Source: Catajapyx aquilonaris (taxonomy: Eukaryota). From it: a stretch of DNA of 63,791 nucleotides. Below, piece by piece: positions 39,401 to 53,353 of this stretch. The position numbers were made by a program, and so were the translations under genes. The DNA lies in NCBI GenBank assembly GCA_000934665.2, contig KZ538649.1, positions 1 through 63,791 of the forward strand. Reading direction: 5' to 3'. Under the pieces are notes generated by a model. It was not told the origin of the DNA, ran no database searches, and was given only the letters and a program-made list of their open reading frames with translations. How positions within the stretch are numbered: the first letter of the stretch is position 1; every line of letters starts with the position of its first letter.

Positions 39401-42400
39401 AATATATTGATAAGTACCTACTGATAGCGTGCTGGATATTGGCAGTCAGTGATGACGCACATATCCTGAGCAGACATATGCGAAATCAATTCTCTCGGCG
39501 GATAGGAAAGCTCGGTTGAAAAATGGAGCAGATAGTAAATGGGAGGAGATGTGGAAGAGGCTGTGGTGTGGAGGGGTGCAAAAAAAAAAATGGCATATGA
39601 TGTCGGTAGGTGTGCCTAGAGTGCCAAGACCCAGACCCACTTTCACGGCGCTTTTCTCGTTTGTCACAACTTAGATCGTGTGCAGTAAAAGGTTTCCCAT
39701 TGTATTTCTCACGCGCTCGAGGAATCAGAGGGGAAAATGATGATTAATATTGAAGTCAAAAGATTAAAATCGTAGTATTGTCAGGTGTCAGTGTGCCGCT
39801 TTTGATTAAATACATCGCGCGTGGTAATGCCCACCAGCTGATGGGCTTCAAAATTATTATCATTACAGTACGGTGCCAAGGTGTACGTGTTCTCCTTTTT
39901 TTTTCCTTCTCGAGTCACGAAATTCAGTATATTAATGACGAATCAATGACGTCACGGACGGTATCACGACTTCATCACCTAGGTTCATTGAAAGGTCCTC
40001 CTTTTAAAGACTTTCCTCCCCCGTTTGGGGCGTTGGTCTGTCTGCCTTGCATCTAAAAACCGGTTTCTTTCTTCTTCGTCTTCGCCTTTGAGGGGCAACG
40101 GCTTGGGAACCAGAGGGGAGAAAAAGGTGAAGAATAAGAAGGAGACGAGAGAAAAAAATATATTATATATGAAGAAGCATAAAGGAATGGAAGTAGCTTA
40201 GGCAAGAGCTTAGGATGGTTTGGAAATCTCAAGAGGGTCCCAAATAAATCTGGGGGACTATCAAGAGCTCGGCGAAGAGCATATCACGTCATCCCCCACA
40301 AGACTAAAATTACGGCGGATATTTGCTTTCCGTCTTACTCAGAATCTCATTACGTCACGGACGTTTCCTTAGCATTATGCATAAATGTGCCTTCTATAGT
40401 CATATTTTTATGTATCACAAGAACAATGGTATATACCACTCGACGTGATAGATATGACTTGTTCTATAGCCGGACGTGGTCAATATGTATTTTTCGAGTC
40501 ATAAAATGTATCAAACTAATACTTTCCTATTTTTAACCGCAGTTCTTATAGGTAAGTAAAACTTACACGATACGGCCTTGAACCGATTACGATAACCTGT
40601 CTTGACACCTCTAAAAATAGCCAAAATAATATTCCCGCGCCTGACCAAATTCAAAAAAAATATATTTGAACCCAACAAATCCCCGCAATGCTTACCCAGC
40701 CACAAATCACCAGAACCAAGCAGGACCACAACAACAAACGATGCAAGTGTCACTCGGTATATTCCGGCAGCAACCACCCGACCTGCTCCACGTCCCGAAT
40801 TGCACTGGCAGCAGCCTTTGGGTTGCTCTGTTCCTCGCTTGGTTACACCCCCACCCTAGGCCCGTTCCCCCACAACCCACCCACCCATCCTGCCCGCACG
40901 ATATTCCCACGCTGACATCATCACCTCCATGTGACGTCATATAGCCCATGCGTGTCAACAGGACCAATCATTGTTGTTGGGAGCAAACCAGAAGATAACC
41001 TAGCTGAACTGAAAAGAAGAGTTATTAGGTTTTTGGGTCTGGGCTAGAGAGAGAGATGAGGAAGAAAAAAAAATTCTTGACCTGTTAGTCAAGTGTAAGC
41101 TTCTTCATTAGCAGCATTCTTGGGTAGTTTTTTTTCCAGGTGTATATGTGCAGATATGCTTACTATTGAGGTCGTCCGTAGGTAAGAGTGAACGAGTGAA
41201 GGATTCTAACATATCTTTAATCTCAGTTTTTTTTTTGTGCTGTCTTCTTTCTCTTATGATTTTGTCCTCTCTCTGCCCTCCATCTTGACCAGCAGCACCT
41301 TGAACTTTCTTCATGGCTATTTCCTCGTCCTCTCGTTTGCTGTTATCGCGGACTCGACCAGACTTTCCCATTTCCTCTTGACTCAGGTTTCGTTCAAAGT
41401 CTACAAGGTTAAAAAAAAAACGTGCATTCTGGACTGGAAAGCGAAAAGGTTGTCACCAAATTAGGTGTGAAATTGAACCCTTCCTTGGAGTACAAAGGAA
41501 ATAAGGATGGCTGGCTTGTTTCCTCCGCAAAGTCAGCCAAGTTTGACAACTATGACTGCTGACATGATGTACCTAGCATGGCAACGGCAATGAAATAGCT
41601 ATCATACCCTGAGGGCTCAAATAGCTGCTGTCTGATTGCATGGTGGGGGGCGATAACAGGGGTTAGGGCCAGGGGGTGAAACCGTGAGGCCGAATCAGAA
41701 AAAATTTTCTCATCGCCATCACACGGTCCTCTTACTCCTTTTGCCTAACCTTATTTTGAATATATATCTTCGGGGCGTTTTGCTTCAACTAACACGACAA
41801 CCTTGTCCTCGGGGTATACGCGCAGACTTTCGAAGTGCCTGGAGGGACTTAACGATATAGTGAGTATTCCCACACTTGTGAGTTGTGACACTACTCCCAT
41901 CGAAACTAGAATACATATGCACAATTACGCACGGGATAGAGCCTGCGGGTATTAGCCTGGGTGCAAAAGGTGAAAAACGGTCATATTTACCATGAAGTTG
42001 TGATTAAGACCAAAACTTTCTTCGCCGGTTTAGGTTGGAGAAAATGTGCTTTCTATGGTGCACCGCAATTGACGATGCTATTACTTTGATAAGGTCCGGT
42101 GTCCTGTTTCGTGATGGTTCAGGTAATATGGCGTGTAAAAAAAATCTCATTCAAACAATAATTGGATTTGTTGATTGTACTTGTACTATTGCCACAGTGG
42201 GACGTTCTGAAAAATGGAGTTGATTTTCACCAGCATGAGAAATCGTCCCCTGTAACAAGCAACGAAAAATCCACGTGAGGAATTTATTTTGGCAAACCAC
42301 AGGACGATTATGCAGCAATATGAAAGTGGTCATTACATTTTGAAAACCTGAATTGCAGAACCGATTCAAATTACATGGGAAATTATTTCGAGATATGAGA

Positions 42401-44434
42401 GTTTGAAGTTTGAAAATTATATTAGGCCTACCCCTTGGATAATCCCATTATTGCAACCATTTCTCTAAGACTCTATGGGCACCTCTCTCTATTCTGAAGC
42501 ACCTGAGGAAAGTATCAGAAACGTATGTTCCTGGTGACATTCCAATACGAAATACCCAAATTGATTTTGGCAGTTTCTAATACCGGTACATTACGGAGAT
42601 TATTTTATTATAATTTTAGTTTCGTCATACACTTTGATAATAATGGGTCGCCCTTCGGGTTATTCCACCCCCGATCTCCCAAAGAAGAAGAACAAAAAGC
42701 GTATTTTCTGCATGGTCCACCGCGAAAACAAAAGAAAAATAACACAAAATCGAGCTCGGAATACTCAAACGGCCGCCCCCATTTTTTCACATGTAGGTCG
42801 CTGTTTGGGTATTTAGCACAGAGTTTCTTGTCAGTTCTGCATTTCGGCTAGGGGCAGGCATCTGAACCACTTTAATCACTTTCATTTTCGTCCAAAAGTT
42901 TCAGCAACAATTTGCATGGAAATCGCTTTGCTTTATGGGGGGGAAGGGAGCCTGTTTTTGTATATGAAAATCTGTAAAACAAACTTGGCAGCGATACCTC
43001 GGGTCTATTCTAGGGTGTAACAACCTATAGTTTTTCTAGCAATTCCTTGTAATGGGCCGAAAATGTAGAGGTTCTATTGGCCATCTTTTACGTCAAGTGA
43101 CGAGCAGCTCATGCAGTACCGGTATATCATTTTCACTATGTGCCAATAACCCCCGTGCAACATAGTCATATGCAGTAGATGAACAACGCAGTTCACGGTT
43201 GATGCCGAGCCATTTTGAACCCTCACATATTTAGTTTTGGACCAATGAATCACCTACCGCCTGGCTGACCATTTCTTTTGTGCTGGCCTTACATTTATGA
43301 CCACAAATGCGAGTATTAATGACACTGTTATTTCGCCTCCTTATCGGGGGCATTAGCAATTAGCATGAAAACTTGATAGTGATTATGTGAGTTATTGCCT
43401 CCCCCCTTCCCCTTCCTTCAACAAAAAAATATGTAGATACACAATCCTTCATGACTCATGCGATCTCCTAAAAACAAGCAAGTTTGAAAGCTGATCTGAT
43501 GACTGGCTATTGCGACAGAGCGTAATGAGATCTGTGTATGTAGGCTACAGTAATCATTGCTCATGTCGCAATCCATGCGTACTCAATGATGACTCATGAG
43601 TCATTTTACGTCTTGCTTCCAGCAAGATGTGAATGCAAAATGGGTTGGCTTATGTAAGCGAAACGTACTAGTATGTAGTGCGAGTCTTGGTTAGATACGT
43701 ATCTGAGTCTCGTCCCAACTTCAAGGCCTAGAAATCCTGGTTAGATACATAAAACATGTTGGTACTAAACACACTCAAGGACGTGAAAAAAGCGACTAAA
43801 GTATAGTTAAGGCAGTTACAAAACAGCAAAAAGTTCTTCTAAAGACTAGTGGGCCTTGAATTAAGACCGCGAAGCCCCTGATGTCACATATGTTTTCAAA
43901 TATGACAATATCCGGCTCATACATATGGGTCTCACATATGACACCTGCACGCCATTGCCATTGGATGATGTGTAAATTGTGTATGTGGGAGATACTTCAT
44001 ACATGAGCTAATTGCTCGGTATTGCTCGGAACTGGTAAAATAAGAATAAAAATAACACCCTGGAAGTTAAGCGTGTCAATTCAGCATCAAGAAGGCTTTA
44101 TCCTAAAAGTTAGCCAGGTCATACGACGGACTGTTTTGCGGGTTGCTCCGAATAGCTAGGATGCACAGATGTCATTTTCAAACACTGAATGTGGTCGTAA
44201 GCTAATCAGATAATATTAGCTGGGTTATGTTATTTTTGGGAGGGAAATTTTCAAGAGAGGCACTACATGTAGTTTTCGACAATAGCCGCCAGACCTTTCT
44301 ATTGACACAGAATGTTTTACCTACTACAAGAATCCCTAGGGTTAGAAATCATTGCCTCATTCATATGTTCGGGAATTGATGGGCGTGCAAGAAAGTAACA
44401 TGTAAAATGCACTTTGTAGCTATTGGCCATAATA

Positions 44435-44875
44435 CAGGGAGCGGAAATTTGACCTACCGTCGCTTTGGGGGATGATAGAGGGCTTCCAGGCGATCATATT
44501 AAATATAGGAATCGTGAGTCTCCGCTGCATAGTTACGGAGATAATGTGCTTCAAACACAAGGTATAAAATATCCTGGCAGGTATGCGTCCCTCCACACGA
44601 CATTAACTTTTTCATGTAAATTTTAGGTATTACCATGTAATTTAATTTTAATTCGCGAGCATGTCAGGTGTAGCAAGGAATTGCCTAGGCGAGGGAAGTA
44701 TCGTAAGCAGTATCCGAAACATATGATCTGGTTTAATGCACTTTTTATGTAATGCCAATTATCTCGGTAACTATGCGGCGGAGATCCATGTTTCATATAG
44801 CCTATACTCAACATGATCGCCTAGAAGCCCTCTATCATTTCCCAAATCTACGGTAAGTCATATTTCCACACCCTG
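44435..44875. mobile_element. Tc1/mariner-like MITE
   Basis: TA TSD; CAGGG...CCCTG termini; imperfect TIRs of about 65 bp. Confidence 0.8.
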
Positions 44876-44892
44876 TATACCTAAATGCCTGC

Positions 44893-45015
<123 letters not shown>

Positions 45016-45297
45016 TTGAAGGTTTTCGCCCTCAAAAGACACGTAGGGGAAGGTGGGGGAATTGAGGCGTTTAAGCGAAAAAATTAATCGCCAATTTATT
45101 ATTGCTTATATACGCATATTCTCAGAAATACAGGTTACCATTTCTCACATGTTATTTCTCAAAATTTTGATAATTATAGGTTCAGGATATTTCTTAAAAG
45201 GAGATCCATTACCCGAACCGCGGAGCAATTGGCTAACTTCTTCTCCATACAAAAATCATATGGAATATCAACCAAATAATTGGAACCATGTACTGTG

Positions 45298-45626
45298 CAG
45301 GAAGTCCTCGAGCTACGAATGGGATTACGTTCCTGAAAATGTCCATAAGTCGGATTTGTACGTAACTCGAATCCCTGAGGAACAGTGCATAATGCGTAAA
45401 GATGCTGCTTCAAAGAACCGCTTACGTCATGTGTATGTTTGTTTACAGGCGCGGTAGAAGTAGTTTCCCAATTATTTATTAATGACAGTATTACGGTATT
45501 TATGATGAACTTGGTGTCGGTTAACTTACGCAGAAGTGATTTAAAGTGGAGGAAGCTTTGGGAGCCCGTTAGTATAAGTATACGGATCGCCTTAAGTCGG
45601 GTCGTTCGTAAACCGGGGACTCCCTG
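45298..45626. mobile_element. Tigger/pogo-like MITE
   Basis: TIRs CAGGAAGTCCTCGAGCTACGAA and TTCGTAAACCGGGGACTCCCTG|TA. Confidence 0.7.
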
Positions 45627-48478
45627 TAATGGCATCTGAAAACAGATGTGACAGATATCTCAATTACTACGATTGATTGTATGAATGAGTCTGCAATGTA
45701 TAAGATAAGTTACAACAGTCCGAAAGTGCTCGAAACTTTTCTATCTAGGCTCTCTACTTGAGTGTCATTTATTCTTTACACAGCCAATATTCTGCTTATT
45801 GCATTGTTTCCAGCGACTATAAGATCTCTGCCATTGACTCAGTTTACATAATTTTAACAAGAGAAACTGCCTCTGCCAATAAAGATATTTGCAGCCTATT
45901 TATTGTCATTTGAAATACTCGGAAATTCCTCTCAACCATATAGGCTACGTACAGTACATGGCAAGTGTTTTAGAAAATGTTTAATTCCGCCTCAGGCATT
46001 GCATAATGAAAATGCCCAAGTGCATCAGACAGCACATAATATAAAGTCCCTTTCTATTAAAATTACTCAGATGTCAATTCCAACCGTGGAGTGAACTGTC
46101 GGTCGATGTCACAGTCAGTGAAACACGCAGATTGTGAATTGCAGACACGTGCGCCATCTCATGCTCAAAATTTAAAACTTTGCGTCGGTTGGCTGTATAT
46201 AGTACATAAAATAAATATGCCTTTTTTACTTCATGATTACCGAAATACGCAAATTAACAAATTATTGTACTTAACACACTAATAACTAAAGTGTTAAGCC
46301 TAAAATTTTAACCTAAATCAAACATGTTTTATTTGTGTTTTATGATGAGTTGAAGTAAATAAAATGATGTAAAAATATAAGTTACATCATAATATATTGT
46401 GAGAATTGTTACTGGTACAGGTCCTTCTATTGTTCCTCTGGAGTCTGGACATACTTGCTCGTACCATCATGGACACAGCCTCCTTTGCGCTTGCGATTAT
46501 AACGTCCGTAACGCTGTAACTTGGTGCAACTCTTCGACTTGGGACATCCTCATATATGCTGCTGACTTCAGAGGAATCTCTCTATTCACACAGACCAATC
46601 AACTCTTCCAGTCGGGTGTCAACAATCCTTCAGGAAAAGCCAGCTAACAAATGCTATGTTGCATTTATATTCCATTTTATAGGACCAATGCGGCAATGCT
46701 CTGTGCTATGCAATATAGGGGGATTCTTGCCGTATGATTGGTATTATATGTCTCTGAAAGTCATGAAAATATTGCGGATCTAAATAATAGTCTTTCTGTC
46801 GGGTCTGCTATAGGTTGCGACAGAGAAAAATAATGTGCTTTCTGGTGATGGATATTCTGTTACGTTACATACATACAGGGGTTGGACACAATAACAAGGG
46901 GCCATGTAAAAAGCGGGTGAATTTTCTCCTCCATTGTACTCGAAAACTGGAAAAGTTATAGAGATTGCTTTTACTGATTTTTGAAGCTCTGTCGATGTAC
47001 ATTTGCAGACATGAAGATGAGACAAAAATTACAAGAGGAGGGGGAGAAACAAAAGACGAACGACCCCCCCCCCCCNNCCCCCCCGACCCCACTTTTGACC
47101 AGTGTGTCCCACCCTTTTCATTTGAAAATGAAAATAGTTACAGATATGAACTTTACTGGATTTTGAAGCTCTATCGATGTCACTTTGTGCGGTATAGAGA
47201 TGTACCAAAATTACCAACAGGGGGTGGGGAAACAAATAGAAACCTCACCCCCACCCCCTTCCTTTGGCGCTACAGCAGTAAAATCTTTAGGGGATTTATA
47301 TGATTTCATTCCTCATTGAGTTTTATTCTCCTTAGTTACAGGGTGGCCACAGTTCTGGTACAGATATGATTGATACAGATGACTGCAACAGTTTTAGAAC
47401 TCCGAATATAACATGCAAATCCAAAATGTCTGGATAAGTGTTGATTTTTTTGACAAAACGTCCATATACCTAGGTTCATAAAATGACACATGATAGTTAG
47501 ATTTTTCCTCGTAGATTGTTAAATTGGCAGACTGTCAGCGAGATCTATGTTTATCTAGGTGAAAGTGGTTGAATTAGTACTGTATATAGCATGAAAATGA
47601 AATTACACAATAATCATTAGACACTGCCCTGGGATACGAAAAAGGCCTCATCGAAGCTAATGCATTGGTTGCTGAGAACACTGTCTTTTTTCAATCCAGC
47701 TATGCCATTTTCTTGTAGGTGGACTTCATCTTAAAATAACTGACATAACAAAAATATAATGGCAAACACACACATAAAAAACTTAAAAAACATATATTTT
47801 ACTGCCACCTTAATTCATACCAAGATCAAGAGAGTGTTCATACGCACCCTTGGCAACATTTCACCAAATGGCCTATGATGATGATTATGCTATCATTATC
47901 TTTACTTTAAATTCCTTCAGTTTGATCAGTCACATGAAATTCATATTGCTTGTAAAATAATTATATTATGATTGTGACAGCAACCCAATCCCTTCTTCCA
48001 TCACCTCTGTCTCATCCTTGCAGTACAAAAAAACACAAGACACACCCAAACCCACATAAACCTCAATTGCCTGCCAAGTATCAGATTTTGGAAACTTTTT
48101 GCCCAATTTCATTACTTTATGGCCGGCAATTGATATCATATTCAGACACTATTGAAAGAAGAAAAATAAACAAGGCTAACAGATACAGTGGTTAAAAAAT
48201 TTCAATTGTGGCATTTTTGTGTGATTACAGTACGCTACTTGTAACATTCACACTGGATCATCGTCTTGTTGGCACGTAGTAAATCGCTGCACACAGCCAC
48301 TCTTTCGTGGAACAAATGGACTAAACAAGCCTCTTACAAAGGAAAATACATAAAAATTTCACTATACAGTATGTATGCCCTGACGTGATGTACAGATCAA
48401 AGAAAAAAAGTGACAAGTGTAAATATACAGTAAACTACTGCTATAAATAGGCAGTAAACTACTGTATAACACTATTAA

Positions 48479-49209
48479 CCCCTTCGCTACCAGCTGGACC
48501 GAAAACACTTAGATTTTAGCTTACTCCTGCTCTGAAGATAAGCGCAAGATATTTTACAAATAATAACAGCTATATTTACCCATTCATGGTGCGATACTTG
48601 CGAACAATTTTACTCCTCCAGAAGTCCCTAAATTAATTTTCAAAAATACAGCCTTAAAAACTCAAAATTTTAGCACTACCGGCCAACTGTTAGGCTGATT
48701 TAATTATGAAATACGCTAAAATATACGGAACAACAACCTTGAGAATCGTGCCAGACTAATTTGCTGAAATCGTCGTACTTGGAGAGAAATAAATTAATAC
48801 TTATTTGCGGATTTTTGACACTGTCTTCGGAAAACTCGTTAAGTGTCAAAAATCTGCAAATAAGTATTAATTTATTTGTCGCAAAGAACGACGATTATTT
48901 TCAGCAAATTCGTCTGGTACGCTTCTCACGGTTGCTGTTCCGTATATTTTAGCGTATTTCATAATTAAATCAGCCTAACAGTTGGCCGGTAGTGCTCGAA
49001 TTTCGAGTTTTTAAGGCGGTATTTTTGAAAATTAATTTAGGGGCTTCTGGAGGAGTAAAATTGTTCGCAAGTATCGCAACACATTAATAGTGGTTTCCAT
49101 GAATTGGTAAATATAGCTGTTATTATTTGTAAAATATCTTGTGCTTATCTTCAGAGTATAGGTGTAAGCTAAAATCTAGGCGTTTTTGGCCTCCCTGGTA
49201 GCGAAGGGG
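48479..49209. mobile_element. piggyBac-like foldback MITE (731 bp)
   Basis: TTAA TSD (48475-48478, 49210-49213); TIR CCCCTTCGCTACCAG; arms of about 350 bp inverted around a loop of about 20 nt near 48822-48842. Confidence 0.93.
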
Positions 49210-49296
49210 TTAAAGGCACAGTACCCTCGCTTGTTCTCTCTCTCTTCATCAAATTCATCCAAAAATCATTAAATCAATCAAAAATTGGTTCTGTCG

Positions 49297-49950
49297 TCAT
49301 TCCTGCTCCCCACTGGCACCTTGGCTATGATGGCTGGCGGGATTGCTGGCAGGTTTCTCTCCTTCTTCGTCCGAAAAGTTGAGACGTAGGTGGAGGTCTT
49401 CATCAGTGTCATCTGGCTCCTCCTCACGTGGTTGGGTCTCCACTGGAACAAGCACCACTGTCTCTGGATCCAGTGTCATCTGGGTTACGTCATCATTCCT
49501 GTTCCTCGCTGGGTCCTGGATACGCTGATGATCAACTGCTGACGCCTCCTCATGTTCCTGGGTCGCCACAGGAACAAACAACCCTGTCTCTGGATCCAGT
49601 GTCATCTGGGTTCCATCATCATTCCTGCTCTCTGCTGGCTCCTGGTTATGCTGCTGGTCGGCGGAATTGTTCTCAGGTTCCTCCACTTCTTCAGGCAGGA
49701 CCAGACTGTACAAGGTGAGTTCAGATTCGTCTTTACTTGGTGAGACCACTACTGCTTTCAGGACATTCCCAGTTGAGAGGCCCACAATCTGGTTAGTGGT
49801 GGTGACCATGGTATTGTCTCTTGACGTCACAGTTTGGTGGTGGTGATGAGCTACGTTTCCTGAATCTTTCAGCATCGCAAGGGCAGCCACTATTTCATTG
49901 TCAGTGGGATCAACAGCATATTGGACTTGCTGCACTGGCTGCTGCTGTGA
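49297..49950 (-). CDS. Terminal coding exon, acidic/low complexity; probably the 3' exon of the ZNF839-like gene
   Basis: Acceptor ccattccag|TCA at 49950, then 218 codons to TGA at 49297. Phase 0 is compatible with the 59042 donor. Possible intervening exons at 52006-51937 and 50199-50043 are unverified. Confidence 0.65.
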   Translation of the reverse strand, partial: SQQQPVQQVQYAVDPTDNEIVAALAMLKDSGNVAHHHHQTVTSRDNTMVTTTNQIVGLSTGNVLKAVVVSPSKDESELTLYSLVLPEEVEEPENNSADQQHNQEPAESRNDDGTQMTLDPETGLFVPVATQEHEEASAVDHQRIQDPARNRNDDVTQMTLDPETVVLVPVETQPREEEPDDTDEDLHLRLNFSDEEGEKPASNPASHHSQGASGEQE

Positions 49951-50536
49951 CTGGAATGGAAATTACAACTTTGTAGTACAGCTACAGCATGAGGCATGTT
50001 GTTTACTAAAATTGACATTAACAGGAGTTAACGTGTGCATACTACTGCTTCGCAAGGCTTTACTCCATTTGAAGGGATTGGAAAACTGAGGACCTTGAAT
50101 GGGCTGTGCCCAATGTGAAAAGGAAAGTTCTTTACATCAGGGGAGCAGAAAATCAGCAGAAAAGTACCAGGTTCCATGCAGCACCATTTCGGACAAGATC
50201 TGAAACAAACGAATGCTGAGATGAAACAACGTTGGATGTGTATTTTTGACACTTTTGAGATAGCTATGGAACAACGTTGGAAATATGTTCTTTGAGAAAT
50301 AAATAATTGGAAACAACAAAAACCACAGAAATGACACTAGTGACTTAACCCCTATCTCATGTCAGAATATGCAATTGGCTAAACAAAAGGAGCTCATTAA
50401 TATGAAAAAGATGCTTCCTGTAAAGTAGCCAAAATCCATATCCAACGTTGTTCCATGTCAGCATTCAAACATACAAAGAAACATGGAGGGCAACCAGCAG
50501 TAACTTTTAAGAAGAAAAACAAATTCAGTGAAGGGC

Positions 50537-50891
50537 GGGGAGGTGTGGTGGCCGAGCTGGTAACGTCACGGCTTGCTGAGTCAAAGGCCCCAGGTTCGAT
50601 CCCCGCCTGGGGAACTTTCCTTGCACCTGCGTCGGGAGGGTCTCTGCCCTGCACCAAGGAGGTGTCTGGCAACCTAGCCTCCTGGGGGACTGCACATGAC
50701 CCGTTTAAAGACATTGCACCTGCACCCGTGTCCCCTCCCCGATAAATCCCTATCCCTACCCAACTTCCTTGATTCCTTGCACCGGAGTGAAGTTAAGAGA
50801 AAAACTGGAAAATAAAGGTTCATGCGATATACCCCGTAAGGGGTGAAAGCCAAGGTGAAAGCATTACCCACAATTTAAAAATAATAATAAT
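50537..50891 (+). mobile_element. tRNA-derived SINE, family C
   Basis: A-box TGGCCGAGCTGG, B-box GGTTCGATCCC, (AAT)n tail, 15-bp TSD AATTCAGTGAAGGGC. Confidence 0.92.
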
Positions 50892-52431
50892 AATTCAGTG
50901 AAGGGCTACGCCTCTGTGCAGAGTGGGCATCAAGAAACAGTTCCAGGCCAAATTCATGCACAATAATTTTTGTTTGTGTTGCAGGTGTCCAGATGTTGAT
51001 GATGATATAATAATTATAATAATGGATACCCCGTGATAGGCCTCCTTGAGCTTTTTAGGAGATCATCTTTTAATGGACCGACTTTAATCATTGCCTTTGA
51101 TGTGATGGATTTTGATTGTGGGAGTGTTTGTGAGAACAAAGTCACGATAGTGTCGTTGTGTAAAGAATGCTGTTTTGTATCAGATATATGAGACATTGTA
51201 ACATGTTTCATGTTACTAAAATATAATTTAAAAATAAAAACCAATTTCCTAGCAAATTAAGATAAAATATATTTTCTACAAGTTGAATACTGGAATTTAT
51301 TTTCTCCCAAAAAAGCGATGAAAGAAGTGGAACAATATTACCGGTATATGAGTATTTCTTTAATTTAACCTGTGTCTAAGCATGTTAAATTACATAATGT
51401 CGTCAGGTAATTCTGCATGGTTTTAGCTCCCCGTGTAAACATTATAGATTTTAATTTTCCCTTAATTGATGGAAATCCATTATTTTGCTTGTGTGCACCA
51501 TACAGAAATATCATAAATGAAGAATGTTAAAGACACAATAATTGTTTAAATGATTTTTAGGGAATTTTTGGACAGTCCGACACGCAGTGACATCTGGCTC
51601 TTTGCCCTACTGCTGTGCTTGCTAATACACCCTGAGGCTAGGCCCCCTCTTTGCCAACCCTCCTATTCAAAGTTTAGACCTGTTTTTAGGATTATTTCTC
51701 CCATTCCTTTTTCTACCCTTTCCCGCTTCAAGGCAAGATTCTTTGCTTTTAGATACTAGAGCGGGCTCATTCGTTGTGAGGCCAAATATATTGTTGTACC
51801 ATTATTATACTTCTTGCATATTGCTCCTGATGTGAAAATGGTGTGCAATACTGCCAATACATTATTTGCAAGCAAATGCAGATGTTTGTGACGGACCAGT
51901 GCACTGGTGGCATGAACATAAAGTGATTCAAGTTACCACCGATTGGGAATCCTTCATCGTAGGTCAATACTGCTGACCTTCGTTTCTGGAAGGTCTCTTC
52001 AAGAACCTGAGCGAAACAGGATATTTTTTGTGACCTACATACCCACCCCCTGAGCAGAAGTCGGAAGATCTTCGCTGTGAAGGGTCGAGAAGCGGGGAGG
52101 GGGAGGGGGGAGGTCTAGAGTGTCACTTTTCTGGACAGAGAACCACTTATAGAAGGCCGAAAATTGGTTGCCTCCCTAGAAACTCGGCCTTCTTTTTATG
52201 TGCGGATGAGTTGTTTTTGAAAGCACGGCAGAATAGTTTACCTGAGATTTATTGGAATGCAAATAGAGCGATTATTAACTACATGTGGAAAAATACATTG
52301 CTAGCAGACTATAACAACCGCAATGCTGTATATCAGTACCTGAAACGCTGAAAGTCTGCACTCTCTGCAGCCACTTGACTCATTCATTTGTGTGGTCAAA
52401 ACAAACCGATCAGGTTTTGACCAGGTTCTGA

Positions 52432-52493
52432 CCACGGAGCCTTTAGTCATCCAAGCACAGTATACTGTGCTTGGATGACTAAAGGCTCCGTGG
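52432..52493. mobile_element. 62-bp perfect palindromic insertion with 6-bp TSD
   Basis: CCACGGAGCCTTTAGTCATCCAAGCACAGTA joined directly to its reverse complement, flanked by TTCTGA on both sides. Confidence 0.85.
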
Positions 52494-53353
52494 TTCTGAC
52501 TCCCCTCACTAATCCGTACCATTCCCCCCCAGTCCCCCTTCCCCAGGCCCGGGACCAGGCCTGTTCAAAGAAAGGGTCAGTAATAAAACACTTTTCCAGA
52601 GGCCGAACCGACACTTCACGCGGAACTGTTTGAGTGTTTGTGCCTGCATCGGGACGATCGGGACATACAACGTGAAAGAAAGGGGCACCTGAAGACACCC
52701 GAACTAATAGTGGAGTGACTCCGGACGGCACATATGATTTATTATTTTCACATCAAAAAAACAATCTTTATGTAAACAACTGTTATATTGTTCATTAAAG
52801 AACATTAATTCCCACTGTCTATATTAAATTACTCCAAATTTTCTATCAATAGGTCTTAATAGGACAGCCGAAAAACTGCCAAAACGCGTCCGAAGTAGCC
52901 CCATTTTACGGTATACCGGCCGCGGCCCCCTTGTAACGGGCTTCCACAGTTATTGCACTTAGCTGCCTTTCGATTCGTTTCCGATCTAAGCGTCGCCGTA
53001 TCTGAATAGCCCAATAACCATATACTGCCCACAATATGTAGCTGGCAGCTAAAAGAGTCCCGTTTGAAAGGCGGCAGTCCCCCCCCTCTCCGCGTAGGTC
53101 CGTCGCTAATCACTAATGATGCATATACTGTGTTAGACTCAAACCCCGAAAACAGCGATTGAGAAAGAAAAACTAGCATTTCGTGGAATCCTCTTTTCAA
53201 AAAGGGCAGATCGCGAATAGCTCATTTTAAAATGGGCAGACACGCAGACCCCGAAATGCTCTTTTAAAAAAGGCCAGGACATTTTCTGGACTGCACAAAA
53301 ATGTCAGGACCACGGCTGTAGAAGACTCAGGTTAGGTCACTCCCCACCCACCC

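Noticed and set aside
41108..41371. Charged 87-aa ORF as an alternative first exon of the MESR3-like gene
   Set aside because: No convincing in-phase donor was identified; cannot be supported without RNA data.
45174..45635. 153-aa ORF preceded by an acceptor-like site
   Set aside because: It lies mostly within a Tigger-like MITE and has no recognisable protein features.
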